In this document: one piece after another, positions 63,903-64,000 of the stretch
How positions within the stretch are numbered: position 1 is the stretch's first letter
Layout of the letters: each line of letters opens with the position of its first letter
NCBI RefSeq assembly: GCF_006345805.1
Contig: NC_043003.1
Location: 27,714,001-27,778,000 of the forward strand
Length of the DNA stretch: 64,000 nt
Direction of reading: 5' to 3'
Origin: Octopus sinensis
Taxonomy: Eukaryota
Notes under the pieces: generated by a model
What the model saw: the letters and a program-made list of their open reading frames with translations, nothing else
What the model was told of the DNA's origin: nothing
Databases searched by the model: none
Translations under genes and position numbers: made by a program

Positions 63903-64000
63903 CAATATATATATATATATATATATATAATACATATATAAATATATATGTATATATATATATGATACTATATATTATATGTAGGTAATAATATATATAA
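63607..64000. repeat. Long imperfect (TA)n tract
   Basis: Direct reading. Confidence 0.95.

Overview
Repeat-saturated eukaryotic scaffold segment with a 100-N gap at 25635-25734. The SINE, LINE and microsatellite repertoire is most consistent with an octopus (coleoid cephalopod) genome; this is inference, and no database search was run. Only one host coding feature is supported: an 867-bp minus-strand first coding exon (57701->56835) of a TBC1D1/TBC1D4 (AS160/pollux)-family Rab-GAP, encoding the first PTB domain and ending at a canonical phase-0 GTAAGT donor. Everything from 1 to 56834 looks like its intron (no second exon recognised), and 57702-64000 is 5' UTR or upstream sequence. The intron holds several tRNA-type SINE families, three RTE-clade LINE ORF fragments plus one RTE 3' relic, CR1/L2-type LINEs, two RLE-type (R4/NeSL-like) relics, a Penelope GIY-YIG relic, mariner elements, mariner/hAT/piggyBac-type MITEs, two minisatellites and a near-identical 1.12-kb tandem duplication. 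The most interesting signal is a set of hammerhead ribozyme motifs sitting in (TA)n microsatellites. One is a type I hammerhead with a fully canonical core (27132-27182, sense to the gene). Five are copies of a minimal type I hammerhead family carrying U instead of the conserved core A6. One is a 3' half. Almost all ORFs in the supplied track are microsatellite or TE artefacts. Boundaries of decayed repeats are approximate (about +/-20 bp).
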